A stretch of DNA of 63,961 bases, filler included, from Octopus bimaculoides (GCF_001194135.2; 7 parts of 5 records of this genome joined end to end with filler, not necessarily neighbours in it), one strand, 5' to 3'; positions 24,575-37,719 are shown, counted from the whole stretch's first letter. Program-made: numbers and translations. Notes: generated by a model from the letters alone, not told the origin.

Positions 24575-25160
24575 CGTCCGTCTTTACGCTCTTAGTTCAA
24601 TTCCACTGCTGTCGACCTTGCATGTTATCCTTTTGGGTCGATGAAATAAGTACCAGCTGAACACTGAGGTCGATGAAATAAGTACCAGATGAGCACAGGA
24701 GTCAATGTAATCGACTTACCTCTCCCCTGAAATTTATAGCTTTGTGCCAAAATTTGAAACCTTTATTGTTCTCACACACAGAAAAAGTCGCCAAATCGCG
24801 CAAGCTAAAATTCCCGTCCAACAGCCTGCCAGATGAAATTGTAAGATACACACGATTTGTTCTTACAGAATTATTGTGCCACCAACAATTCTATTTTAAC
24901 TAGTACTTATTTTATCGACCCCGAAAGGTGAAAGGCAAAGTCGACCTCGGCGGAATTTGAACCAAGAGCGTAAAGGCGGACGAAATGCTCTTAAACATTT
25001 CCCCCCCCCCCGGCGCGCAAACGATTCTGCCAGCTTGCCGCCTTATAGGGCTGAATAATAATCCTTTCCACTAAAGGCATAAGGCCTGCAATTTTGGAAG
25101 AGGGGAGCTAGTCGATTACATCGACCCCAGTGTTTCACTGATATTTAATTTAGCGACCCC
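24575..25160. mobile_element. Cluster of SINE family A fragments (24575-24762 +, 24900-25042 -, 25060-25160 -)
   Basis: Family A central domain and tails recognisable. Confidence 0.75.
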
Positions 25161-25268
25161 GGATACAGCCGGTTTGAATGCCAGAGTAAACTTGCAATAG
25201 AAGGATTCCTCATGTTACATGGAGAGAGATTATTTATGGCTATAGATTCCATCATTCGTTCAACTTAC

Positions 25269-25436
25269 CGATATGACCTCTTAAACGCATCATCTTCTCT
25301 TTAGTATAAACATGGAAAAGGTGTCCATTACATTTCAGACACTTCTTTTCAGCCGTCGTATAATTAAATTCACCGAACACAATATACTGCATTGTAGTCA
25401 TGGTATTGTTAATCGTTACATTTAACTTTACACAAT
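25269..25436 (-). CDS. Exon of C-type lectin-like domain protein (N-terminal half of first domain)
   Basis: Acceptor ttttgctttcag, donor G|gtaagt, 168 bp, phase 1-1; CVKLNVTINNTMTTMQYIVFGEFNYTTAEKKCLKCNGHLFHVYTKEKMMRLRGHI matches the CTLD helix-1 pattern (F/W-x-x-A-x-x-x-C...G-x-L). Confidence 0.8.
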
Positions 25437-26193
25437 CTGAAAGCAAAAGAAAATAAATAACATAACTTCAAAAATATCTGTTGCTTAAAATTGATTCTAA
25501 CTGAATTGAGAAATATTAATATTAAACGTCATTCTTTAAAAAAAAAAATTAATCGTTTCAAAGATCAAACAGACTCTATTCAGATTTTTAACACCACGCA
25601 GTAGCACTAAGTATGCGAAATAAATGCAAGCTTTGAGTGTCTAATTCTTCAATTCTGGAAATTATAAGTTGCCTCCTCCTTTCCTTTGCGTGTCACTAAC
25701 AATTGCCACTAGGTTTTTTTTTCTCCGGCTAAGAAGGAAATTTAAATCGATTAAGAATTTTCGGCGTACAGCATTCATTGCTTTACTCTTTCACTTCTGA
25801 GCCATGTATACACACATACACACATAAATAATTAATAATTGATAGCGACAGAAGCGGTATTAATGCCAAAAGGTAATATTTATTTCCCACTTAAAGATAG
25901 ATATTGTGGTAGAACACAGAATACTGCGTTATTTGTCATGAAAGGGCGTTTCATATGGACATGTGATGCATAAAAGCACTCGTGTTTATAAGGTTAGCGA
26001 GCGAGAACTATCTGCTACGGGCACTCGAGCTTCCAGATCACATAACTTCCGTCTTTCTTGGCCTTGTCAATGGCAGACGCCCGGCTAGGCATATCAGTAA
26101 TACCCGCGTCAGCGATATATAGAATCTCAGCGTTTGTTCAGGCACTGGTTGCAGTCAAATGACTGAAACAGATAAATGAATAAAAGAAAATGC

Positions 26194-26293
<100 letters not shown>

Positions 26294-26984
26294 GGGGGGG
26301 AGGGTATATGCGTGTATACTAGTCAAGTATCTCGTCGATGCCGGACAATTTTCTTAATAGAATGCCTTGGCGTATTTTCGGAATAACACGCCCACATAAG
26401 TTGGATTTTCTCCATTTTGACGGGGATTTTAAAATCTTTTTTTCCACCACATCCCTGCAAATGATAAGAAGAAAGCACTTAATAAACATAATTTTTTGAA
26501 AATTTATGATTCCCCTTCTCTCCCTTCCCGACAGATTTTCTCCTTTTTTTCACTACGCATTTAAAAACAATGGGAGACACCGTTTCAGTACAAAGGAAAA
26601 ATTTGAAAATTTATGATTTTTTTCAAGCCCCCTCCCCCACTCAGTACCGCTTTGGCCTATTTGCTTTTCTTACCCAACGTACTTATGAAATTGCTTACAC
26701 ACATGCATGCACACACTCTCAGTGTGAGCGATATACTTTTATAGTGAGAAAGTTTACCATGAGAAAGTAAAAGAAATTGAATAAATTGCCGATTAGTTTT
26801 TCAAAATCCCGAATATGGTATCAGATGGCTGTTATATAGGTTATAAAATTAAGATAAAAGTAAAATGTAAAATAGAAACAATACACGACCCAGTGTAGAT
26901 CAGAAAAAAATTGAAATACATTTAAATATTGTAAAGCCTTAATGTGTGCTAAATAAAATTATAAATATAATCACATTCATTCTA

Positions 26985-27818
26985 TACTACTTCCTGTGCT
27001 TCTTTGTCCGTAGCAAATCGACGACTACGTAAAAGATGTTTGAGCGGCTCAAAGAGATAATAGCCAGAATGGGCAAAATCTAGACTGGGTGTTCCAGCAA
27101 CTCAAAACTCGGTTTTACAATGATTTCAACAGTGTGGACATCTGTATATGGGTATGCATTGTCGCGCAACAATAACACTTGATTTTACGAGAGACATCGG
27201 CAAATGGTGAGAACTGCTGTTAACCAGCATTTCACTATAGCCTACACTGGTGACTGTACACCTCTTTTCCTGATAATGTTACAACACAGGCCATTTTGCG
27301 TCCCCAAAAAACGGTTCTCATCTCTTTTTCTGAGGAGGTTTGAGTGCTGAATTTTTTTTTCTCTGGCGATTCCAGGCGTTTCCACTCCTGGCTCTGCCTT
27401 TTGGATTCTAGCTCAGGGTAATGGACCCAGGATTCATCTCTTGTATCTATTTTCTCAAAAAAAAAGCTTTGCCTTCCTCGTTGTAGTGGTCGAGTAAGCA
27501 TTGGCAGACCTCCATACGATAGTGCTCATGCATTTCGATAAACTCTCTTGTTACCCAGCTCGCATTCACTTTGTGGAAGCGAGGCTTGTCGTGGATGATT
27601 TCGTATGCAGAACCATGACTAATTTGCAGAGAACATGCTACCGATGGGCACTCGTCTTCGTGCTTCACGTTTGTCTGATCATTTCTAAACTTCTCGATCT
27701 ACTCACACACACTTCTAAACAGAAGAGCACTGTTCCCGTATTGCCCTAAAATCCTGCGATGAATATCCACGGCTGACACACTTTCAAGGTACCGTCCCCA
27801 ATCTTTTATATAAACCCT
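26985..27818 (-). mobile_element. Degenerate mariner transposase
   Basis: Fragments KVNASWVTREF, IDTRDESWVHYPELESKRQSQEWK, RTVFW, LLRDNAYP, FELLEHP, YYLFEPLKHLLR (mariner WVPH, TGDE, HDNA, YSPDL regions); frameshifted; 5' end interrupted at 27846. Confidence 0.88.
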
Positions 27819-27845
27819 CAGTGATGAATTCTTATTATTATTATT

Positions 27846-28303
27846 GAGTGAGAGAGCAGTGCATGCCATCAAAGTGACACTGGGGTAAAATATACAAAGC
27901 CCAATATACCCATCATGACTACCCGTCTGATAAGGGTACACCAGGCACATGCATCACAACCATATGTGCGCGACATGGTGATCTCATATCAAGATAAACA
28001 GCGCATGACCTCGCAGGTGGGGCCCAGTTAGAATTTTTTTCAGGTCGAGTAGCCCATCCCGCTCAAAAGGTCCCTGAATAAGGTTTGTTTAAGGATGTTG
28101 AGCAAAACACCCATGTTTCCAAAGATGAACTATTCAAACCCCAAAGAACTCCTCTCAACACATGGCTATGATACTCCCCCACTACTTCTGCTCGTGATCA
28201 GAGATGCACATATCGTCAGCCACCAAGGGACATGCTCAACTGGTTATGGTCAAACAACTGACAAGCAAATCTGTGGTATTAAGCAGAATATTTGCTGTAG
28301 CCC
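27846..28303 (-). mobile_element. 458-bp non-coding retroposon-like element flanked by (ATT)n on both sides
   Basis: (TTA)n at 27832-27845 and (ATT)n at 28304-28318; its 5' part recurs inside 23208-23662 and 33142-33599; no A/B box seen. Confidence 0.7.
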
Positions 28304-28439
28304 ATTATTATTATTATTCAGTAGTTTTATTTTTATAGCGTGCTTTCACTTCCCTACCGAGCGCAGCTCTGTGTGCCTTGGGTATGTACTGTGGTTTGCT
28401 GTGATGCTCTTATGGTTACTCTTATCGTTAGCACGCAGA

Positions 28440-28880
28440 GCTCAGTAGCATTTCATCCGTCTTTAAGTTCTGAGTTCAAATTCCACAGAGGTCGACTTTG
28501 CCTCTCAACCTTTCGGGGTAGATAAAATAAGTACCAGTTGAGCACTGTAGTTGTTGTAATCGACTTACCTTCTCCCTACGAATGTTTAGGCCTTGTGTCT
28601 GTAGTAAAAAGGATTATGCTCTTAAAGGAAAAAGGTGATGAACTGGTAGAATTGTTAGCACACCTGGCGAAATGCATAACGGTCATGCTGGGGCACCGCC
28701 CGCAAGAAGTTTTAGTCGAACGAATCGACCGCAATAATAACTTTGTTTTCTTAAAGCCTGGTGCTTATTATATCGGTCTCTTAGGCCAAACCACAAGAGT
28801 TACGGTGGCGTAACACACCAACACCGTTTGTCAAGCGATGTTTTGGGAAAAATACAGACACAAACACACACACACACACA
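28440..28880. mobile_element. Nested SINE family A (+) and family B (-) fragments
   Basis: Family motifs recognisable at 28465-28615 and 28675-28880. Confidence 0.7.
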
Positions 28881-28892
28881 CACACACATATA

Positions 28893-29110
28893 TTCTTTTA
28901 TTGTTTTACTTGTTTCAGTAATTTTGACTGCGGCCATGATGGACCACCGACTTTATTCGAACAAATCGACCCTAGGATTTATTCGTTGCAAGTCTAGTAC
29001 TTATTCTATCGGTCTCTTTTGCGGAACCGCTAATTTACGGAGACGTAAACGCACCAACATCGGTTGTCAAGCGATGGTGGTGGGACAAACACAGACACAC
29101 AAATACATAC

Positions 29111-29147
<37 letters not shown>

Positions 29148-29750
29148 NNNNNNNNNNNNNNNNNNNNNNNNNNNNNNNNNNNNNNNNNNNNNNNNNNNNN
29201 NNNNNNNNNNNNNNNNNNNNNNNNNNNNNNNNNNNNNNNNNNNNNNNNNNNNNNNNNNNNNNNNNNNNNNNNNNNNNNNNNNNNNNNNNNNNNNNNNNNN
29301 NNNNNNNNNNNNNNNNNNNNNNNNNNNNNNNNNNNNNNNNNNNNNNNNNNNNNNNNNNNNNNNNNNNNNNNNNNNNNNNNNNNNNNNNNNNNNNNNNNNN
29401 NNNNNNNNNNNNNNNNNNNNNNNNNNNNNNNNNNNNNNNNNNNNNNNNNNNNNNNNNNNNNNNNNNNNNNNNNNNNNNNNNNNNNNNNNNNNNNNNNNNN
29501 NNNNNNNNNNNNNNNNNNNNNNNNNNNNNNNNNNNNNNNNNNNNNNNNNNNNNNNNNNNNNNNNNNNNNNNNNNNNNNNNNNNNNNNNNNNNNNNNNNNN
29601 NNNNNNNNNNNNNNNNNNNNNNNNNNNNNNNNNNNNNNNNNNNNNNNNNNNNNNNNNNNNNNNNNNNNNNNNNNNNNNNNNNNNNNNNNNNNNNNNNNNN
29701 NNNNNNNNNNNNNNNNNNNNNNNNNNNNNNNNNNNNNNNNNNNNNNNNNN

Positions 29751-29783
<33 letters not shown>

Positions 29784-29940
29784 ACGACGGACTTCTTTCA
29801 GTTTCTGTCTACCAAATCCACCCACAAGATTTTGATCAGCCCGCAGCTACAGTAAAAGACACTCGGTCAAGGTACCATGCAGTGGAACTGAACCCGGAAT
29901 CATGTGGTTGGGAACCAAACTGCTTACTGCGCAGCCATGC
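28893..29940 (-). mobile_element. SINE family B whose central microsatellite spans an assembly gap
   Basis: 3' half at 28893-29120 and 5' half at 29780-29940 in matching orientation. Confidence 0.88.
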
Positions 29941-30675
29941 ACGCATGCGTGTCTGTGTACATGTTTTTCTGACAGTTCATCATGAATTATAAGGATGCAT
30001 TGACCATGTTAACTTTTTCTCTTACTTCCTACATTTGTATCTACAACTTCTATGCGAGTATAATAATATATCATTAGACATAGTTCTTCATTCTAATGAG
30101 TAGCACCACATGCTAGAAATAGTCGCCAAATGTCTTTAAGAACTACATTATTTACTCCATTAACAAGGGTTGAAAGCGAGGGAAGTGAACAAAGAGGATT
30201 TTTTCTTTTTTTATAAATGTTTTAACCATAGATCGATCTCTAGTTTAGAGATGCATCTCTCTTTTCCGACATCAGTATATTATTACACATTGTACATAAT
30301 TATAAACATTTATACACACCCATACGAATAAGACGTATCCACAAGCGTTTATACAACTGTTCACATTTATATACAAGCTAAATCTAATTCATTCTCCTCA
30401 ACTACGTGCGTATACGACCAAAAATAATACCGGAGTGAATATATTGGTCGGAGTAATTTATATTTATATAAAATCAAGGATAAAATCAAGCAGCCAGTAT
30501 GTAATAAAACCATACAGGTAACAATTAATTCAAAATACATAATTATATAAATATAATTATATATATAATTATAACTGATTTATATATATAATATGCTTAA
30601 TCAATATTTGGGTAGGAGGTTTGGAATCCGTGGATGTTGGTTAGCAAGTGAGAATGGAAAATAGTGAAAAAGAGA

Positions 30676-31236
30676 ATAAAGTTTGAATCTTTTTTAAAAC
30701 GGGGGCCACATTTTTCATTAACGAAACACTTTGAAACTTGGAACACTGGTAGAATGTGTCATATAAAACATCTTTTTCTCTTAGTCTTCTTAAAAAAAAA
30801 AAAAGAAATCCCTAAGTTATTCCATGTTAAAGCTGTCGTATTTCTGTAATTTCAACCAATCACTGACGTCCATTCAGCCGATATACATTAAGTGCCGACT
30901 ACATAAACAAACGATTCTGAAACAATTCTATCGGTGATAGGGTTAGGGTAAAACAGCAAATTTAAAAAGAAAAAAGCAAATAAAACGAAGCTATGGCTTA
31001 ATCAGCCAAAGGAGTAAATGTAAACAACTGAATACTTGTCAGTGATTGGTTGAAATTATCGAAATAAGACAATTTTTTACATGAAATAAATTCGAATACA
31101 AAAATATTTTTCTGTTCTATAACACAAAATAGATAAGTATACGAAGTTTGAAAGTCTTTCGGTACCAAAAACACTACGTAAAACATTAATGAAAAATGTG
31201 GCCCCCGTTTTAAAAAAGATCCTAAAGTTTATTTCG
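30676..31236. mobile_element. MITE/foldback-like element with nested inverted repeats
   Basis: ctttttaaaacgggggccacatttttcattaa (30689-30721) inverted at 31186-31220; inner arms 30834-30878 and 31027-31071. Confidence 0.8.
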
Positions 31237-32497
31237 ACAAAGCTACGCATTAAAAATAACGGGGGAATATAACACTACGATTTCAATTCTTTTTCGTCTA
31301 CATGACATCAGTCGCAAATAGAAATTTAGTTAAGCACGCGAATCGGGTTACCTGGAGTTTCTTACTACATGCCAATAGAAAACCTCTGTACAGTCACTCA
31401 CTATGCTAGAAATAGCAGCTAAATTTGTTTGCATGTATGAAAATATGGCAGGATTATGGGTGGAATGCCTGTGATTATAAATCTAATCGATCGGGATTGT
31501 TCTGGTCTAGGATTAAACAACAACCGTGTTCCATGGTTCCATGGTTCTAACGCCCAAACCCATGTCTTTCAAAATAGTAAAGGATAGGAGATATATGAAA
31601 AAGAATAAGTAAACCGAATTATTTAAATATTTTTTGAAGTAAATGAATAATGAATAAAGTGAATAAATTATATGAGCTATTTACCTTCGGCTTCGTTGAA
31701 ATAAACCACAATTAAAAAAATGAATATTTTCATAAGTAACATCTTTACACTTGAACATAAAAACTTTTGATATCTTCTAATTATTGTCACTTGTTGTCAC
31801 TGCTTTCTCGTATACTTTGCATGTAAACTTAAACACGATATTAATTTTTAAAGGTAAATTGTTACGGAATCGTATGCAAATATGTATGTGCTTCTTATAC
31901 TTCTTAGGAGTTTGTAATATGTATGTGTCTGTAAATACACATTAATGTATATGTGCGAGATTTATACTTCTAAACGTCATATTGATTTAGTTTCCTTGTG
32001 TTTTCTCTCTATGCCTCATTCTCTCACCCTCTTTCTCTCTCAATCTCTCTCCCCTTCTCTTTCTTTTTTCTTTCCTTTCATTCTTCTTATCTGGTATCCA
32101 CTAAACAACTATCAACATTTCAATTAATAACACTTGAACTGGTTGCATGTGATACATGCCGAACAATAGAGCACGCATATTAAACAAATATTGTTTAAAT
32201 TTTTGACAAATCACTCAAGATCTGCTAATAGTTTTCAAGGAAATTTAATAATGTATGTAACAATGTAATAAATATAATTTAATTTCAAAACATATAGGGA
32301 CGCGAGTAATCTTATAAGAAAATCATTATCATTAATTTTTGAAAATCGTCTTCTCAAACTCGTTATTCATTAATAGGGTTTCTTGATGTATTCTGCGAGC
32401 TTTATCTGTTATGCAAAGCTTTAAAGCATCAATTGTCAATATGTTGTTGTAGTAGATCCTTTGTTTTTATTTTTAAGCAAATTTCTAATTAATAGTT

Positions 32498-33105
32498 ATT
32501 AGCGACAGAAGCAGTGTTAGTACCAAAAAGCAATCTTTAGATCCAACTTAACGCGTATGTCTTCTTAGAACGCTGAATACTGCGGTATTAGCGTTGACAG
32601 GTCCTCTCATATAGATGCATGTTGCATAAAAGAACAGACATATATCGAAGCAGACGAGAATCGTCTGTTATGAGTGCCGGAACTGCCAGATCACGTGATT
32701 TCAATATTCTGAACTTCATTAATAGCAGGCACCAGGCGACAGCATACCAACCAAATTTCGTTCCCATGTTATATAGAATTTTTGTCTTCTTAGCCACTGA
32801 TGTCGCCAATAGCCAGCAGGCTTGTTAAAAAATAACTTTTAGATAACGGAATAGTATTAGTAACAAAGGCAATCTTTGTATCCAGCTTAATGTGGTTGTC
32901 TTATTAGAACGCTGAATAGTGCGGTATTAGCTTTGAGAAGTCCACACGGAGGATGTATCAATGCTAATACTGGATACCTGCCACAGGGGAAGTCCAATCG
33001 ACTGAAATCGTGTGATCTAGCAGTTCCGGCGCCCATAACAAACGATTCTCGTCGGTTTTGATACACGTCTGTATTTTTATGCACTATGCGTCTATATAAG
33101 AGAAT
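32498..33105. repeat. Rearranged dispersed repeat: unit A-B, second A direct, B inverted
   Basis: A at 32498-32600 and 32845-32940; B at 32605-32705 inverted at 33003-33104; diverged A-B copy at 25845-26090. Confidence 0.75.
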
Positions 33106-33141
33106 CTCTCAAAACCAATACTGCAAATTTCTAATTCATTG

Positions 33142-33599
33142 CACTGTGTAACAATTTGGTTTTTGTCTTTGGTCACTAAGTGTTATTTCCTATTTGCCTC
33201 TATCTAAAAATGAAAGGAAATGACTGCTATTCCATTCAAGCTTTGTTTTTATGACCTGGATATCAATGTTTTGAAACTGGCCTATTTTCTATTACATTTC
33301 AGACAGATTCAGCGCTGAGTTGCTGAAGCAGAAATATCGTTATAGCAAATACTCTGCTCAGCACCTCAGATTTGCTTATCACTTGCTTGACCTTAACCAC
33401 TTGAGCATGTCCCTTAATGGCTGACAATATGTGCATCTCTGATCATGAGCAGGAGTAGCAAGGAAGCACCATAGCCATGTACTGAAAGGGATACTTGGGG
33501 TTTAAATAAATGTAACAAAAACAAAGTTTGAAGGAAATATTAACCATTTTCATACGTTCTAAGGGTAAGCAAATAGGATATAACAGTTTCTACGCAAGG
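33142..33599 (+). mobile_element. Unclassified composite interspersed repeat, copy 2
   Basis: Colinear with 23208-23662. Confidence 0.85.
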
Positions 33600-33898
33600 A
33601 TAAAAGCTGTATTTCACAGTGTTATCATTATCTAAGATGTGAATGTAGTGAAAAAAAGCTGATTCTACTTGTTTTGTTAATTTTACGATATTCATATTCA
33701 AGCTCCGGTTTATTTGCTATGGTATTTCCTATTTCATATCATTTCAAAGCATTATTTACACAGGTGTGTGATTAAGAAGTTCCCTGTGCATCCACATGGT
33801 TTCAGATTCAGTCCCACTGCGCAGCCCTTTGGAAAACTGCCTTCTCTGTAGCCCCTTGCGAGTGAATTTCAAAGGCGGAAACTGTCTAGACGCCTGTC

Positions 33899-33966
<68 letters not shown>

Positions 33967-35428
33967 GAGCAAACGATGTAAGGTTTCAGCAGGAGATGTC
34001 TGTTTTGACTGTCGTCGTATGAGTTTTTCGGAAGAGAATTTTTTAAAGTTTGTTCTCTCTTTCTTTCTCTTTCACCCCTTATTTCGCTCGATATATATAT
34101 CTATATATATATCCTCGTTTGACCCTGCCTTGATTTGAAACCAAATCCGCCCGCTTGTTGCTTGCAAAGAAAACGGGAAATTTCTTTGTCCTGTCAAGAG
34201 GGAACAGTGATGTGAATGCAAATATTTCGGTGTGAACGCAAATAGCTGTTACGTGGTAGCAGGACATGCTAGAAATAACAGCCAAATCTTTACTTTTCTG
34301 GAAAGAGGAACCGTTTACGCGTGATTTCAATGTCACTTTCGTTGAAAGCATGCAAAATAACCTTGAAAAAGAAATAAGACCCGCGACACAAAACTCCCTT
34401 GGTGGGAAACTTCAAGATCCCCACCATCCTTCCCACCTTTCTTTTCCGGAAAAAAGTGGCTTGCGGCGGGTTTGGAGGTCAGATACGGTGTATGCGCCCG
34501 AAAAAAAAATAGTGGAAAAGAATTATTCCACACCGCGGTACGAAATATTTACCGAAAGAATAGAATCTTGTACCGATTATACCTGTATTTTAATTAATTC
34601 AAATTAATATACTTCTTGAAAAGTGGCAAAATTTTTGTCGGTTGCATCTGGGATAATTTTAGTAACAGTTAAGATGCATTAAGAATTTCAATTTTTGTGT
34701 TTATCCATAATGTTACTGCTTTTAAACCTGTTAATTAAATTTACCTGCCCAGAACAGTCAAATTTACTCAGCAAGATCAGTTAAAATTACATAACTATAA
34801 ACCAGTGGTATATAAAGCACCCACTAACAAAATTTCAAATCTGTATGTAAAAAATTTACAAAGTTACAAGCAAATATTTTGGACTCCGCTCTTGAACCTG
34901 AATAATTCAAAATAACGTGAATAAGCGTTACATTTGACAGATTAATATGAACATTAAAGACGTTTTTAGGCGTTTTTTTCTCTTACACATGCACATAACA
35001 CGGCCTCGCTTGGTTGGGTCTAATGGTGTGTTACTTTGACATCATCATTCCATAAGATTTGTTTATACGGAGAAAAATATTGAAAAATATCAATAGATGT
35101 GTGGGTGAGAAAAAAATCGATTGCTTGTTTAACTTGGTTAAACAGTAAGTCGATTGATTTTTTTTCTTTTTGTCAAAGCTCTTTCGTTGCTATTTGCAGC
35201 CTTTTCAAAACCAAAAACAAACTATATAATGTTTCACCAGGTTAAACAAACAATCGATTAGTTAGTTGAATATTTAACCAATTGACTAATAATAGAGGAG
35301 TGGAATTGAACCAATACATGTTATTAATATTGGCATAATGACTCTCCGTAGACACAACAAAATTTGTTTCAACACACAAATTCACATAAAGAATCTTACA
35401 AACCAGATACAAAAGCAAATTATATATA

Positions 35429-36676
35429 TAGGATGCGTAAGATATTTGCGGACAGATTTATGTTTATAAAAAAAATAGATAATAACTTTATCTATCAAAA
35501 AATGCGATGAGGATAAAAATAAACTTTCTTTTCTATAATGTTATTCAATAAAGCCATCTTCAGCTTCAACAACTGCTTCTATATGAGATCTAAATCATCT
35601 TCATGCTCGAATCAAATGGTCCTGGTTCATTTTGAACATTACCCTCACTGTAGCAGCTTTCAAAGAATCTTTGGTGTCATGGGCGTGTTCATTGACCTCT
35701 CTCTCAACAACGCTTCACATGTAATAGTCCAATGGATTGAGATCTGGGGGAATTAGGAGGCCAAATGTTAGGGGTTATGTGATCATGAAAATTATCAGCC
35801 ATCCATTCCTGTGTTACTAGAGCCATGTGTGATAGTGCACAGTCTTACTGAAATACATATGGCCTTCCTTGCATACAGTCTATCCAGTGTTTAATAATTA
35901 TTTTCAGAACCTTAATGTTGGCGGCAGAGTTAACTCTGAGGCCTTGTGGAAAGACGTAAGGAGGCATCACATGTCCTTTATTGTTGACAACTCTTAAAAC
36001 CATGACACTTGCATGAAATTTTGTGTGCATTACACTTGGAACTTTAGAAGGGTCTGCACATAACCATCTTTCATTTTTTCTGTTAACTTTTTGATCTTGG
36101 TCGGAGTTCTTTTAGTTTGAGAAAACCAAATCAAATCTTCTGCTGGGTTTTTCAGTTTGTTTAAGAGCTTTTTAGATCTGATGTAATGATTGTCTTTTGC
36201 TTTTTAGGACAAACTGACTTTTCTTCATCATATAAAACTTATATCAGATGTCTTCGTGAACAACATTTCTGACTGTTCCTTCTGACACATGGAGATCTTT
36301 TACAATTGACCTCATGGACTCTCTGGGATTGTAATCAATGGACTGTTGAACTTACTGGATAGATTCAGGTGTTTTGATTATTTCAGAGGTGTTTAGAATA
36401 CTCTTTTATGCTTTGATACTGGTGATACGTTTCCATCTTCAGTTTCTAGCTCCTCACAAACTGTGAAGACGAAAGATCTGGCAACTTTTAAAACTCGAGA
36501 TATTTCTAAATCACTATGTTCAGCCTTTATAACCACAATAGCAGCATGTTTCTTCATTTCTTGAGCAAGCTGAGGGTCTGCCATTATTATTTTCTGAAAC
36601 AAAGATTATACAGAGGTAGCAAAAATTCAGTAATGACCCCAAAAAAGATACGTCCTCAAATACCTCACGCACCCTG
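35429..36676 (-). mobile_element. Full-length decayed DD37D (maT) Tc1/mariner-superfamily transposon
   Basis: ~27-bp imperfect TIRs flanked by TA; TKFHASVMVL...VMPPYVFPQGLRVN...RPYVFQ*D then 37 residues to the D of WPPNSPDLNPLD (one 1-nt insertion, stops). Confidence 0.92.
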
Positions 36677-37659
36677 TATGTATATATATATATATATATA
36701 TATNNNNNNNNNNNNNNNNNNNNNNNNNNNNNNNNNNNNNNNNNNNNNNNNNNNNNNNNNNNNNNNNNNNNNNNNNNNNNNNNNNNNNNNNNNNNNNNNN
36801 NNNNNNNNNNNNNNNNNNNNNNNNNNNNNNNNNNNNNNNNNNNNNNNNNNNNNNNNNNNNNNNNNNNNNNNNNNNNNNNNNNNNNNNNNNNNNNNNNNNN
36901 NNNNNNNNNNNNNNNNNNNNNNNNNNNNNNNNNNNNNNNNNNNNNNNNNNNNNNNNNNNNNNNNNNNNNNNNNNNNNNNNNNNNNNNNNNNNNNNNNNNN
37001 NNNNNNNNNNNNNNNNNNNNNNNNNNNNNNNNNNNNNNNNNNNNNNNNNNNNNNNNNNNNNNNNNNNNNNNNNNNNNNNNNNNNNNNNNNNNNNNNNNNN
37101 NNNNNNNNNNNNNNNNNNNNNNNNNNNNNNNNNNNNNNNNNNNNNNNNNNNNNNNNNNNNNNNNNNNNNNNNNNNNNNNNNNNNNNNNNNNNNNNNNNNN
37201 NNNNNNNNNNNNNNNNNNNNNNNNNNNNNNNNNNNNNNNNNNNNNNNNNNNNNNNNNNNNNNNNNNNNNNNNNNNNNNNCATTTCTTGAGCAAGCTGAGG
37301 GTCTGCCATTATTATTTTCTGAAACAAAGATTATACAGAGGTAGCAAAAATTCAGTAATGACCCCAAAAAAGATACGTCCTCAAATACCTCACGCACCCT
37401 GTATGTATATATGTGTATATGTGTGTGTGTTTGTGTGTCTGTGTTTGTCCCCCTAGCATTGCTTGACAACCGACGCTGGTGTGTTTATGTCCCCGTCATC
37501 TAGCGGTTCGGCAGAAGAGACCGATAGAATAAGTACTAGGCTTACAAAGAATAAGTCCTCACGCTTCGAGGGACAAAATAAGTCAAAAACTACAAAAAAA
37601 TAAGCAACATATTTACTGAAAGCGAGGGAATGCAGCTTTCAAAAATGTATGTATATTTT

Positions 37660-37719
<60 letters not shown>

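Noticed and set aside
30938-30949. TTAGGG telomere-like motif
   Set aside because: Fewer than two full units, inside a MITE
34266-34607. 113-aa plus-strand ORF
   Set aside because: Starts within a dispersed repeat motif (atgctagaaata.cagc); no domain features or splice support
36556-37415. Apparent duplication of the maT transposon end (36556-36690 = 37280-37415)
   Set aside because: Identical sequence on both sides of a gap; most simply an unmerged contig overlap
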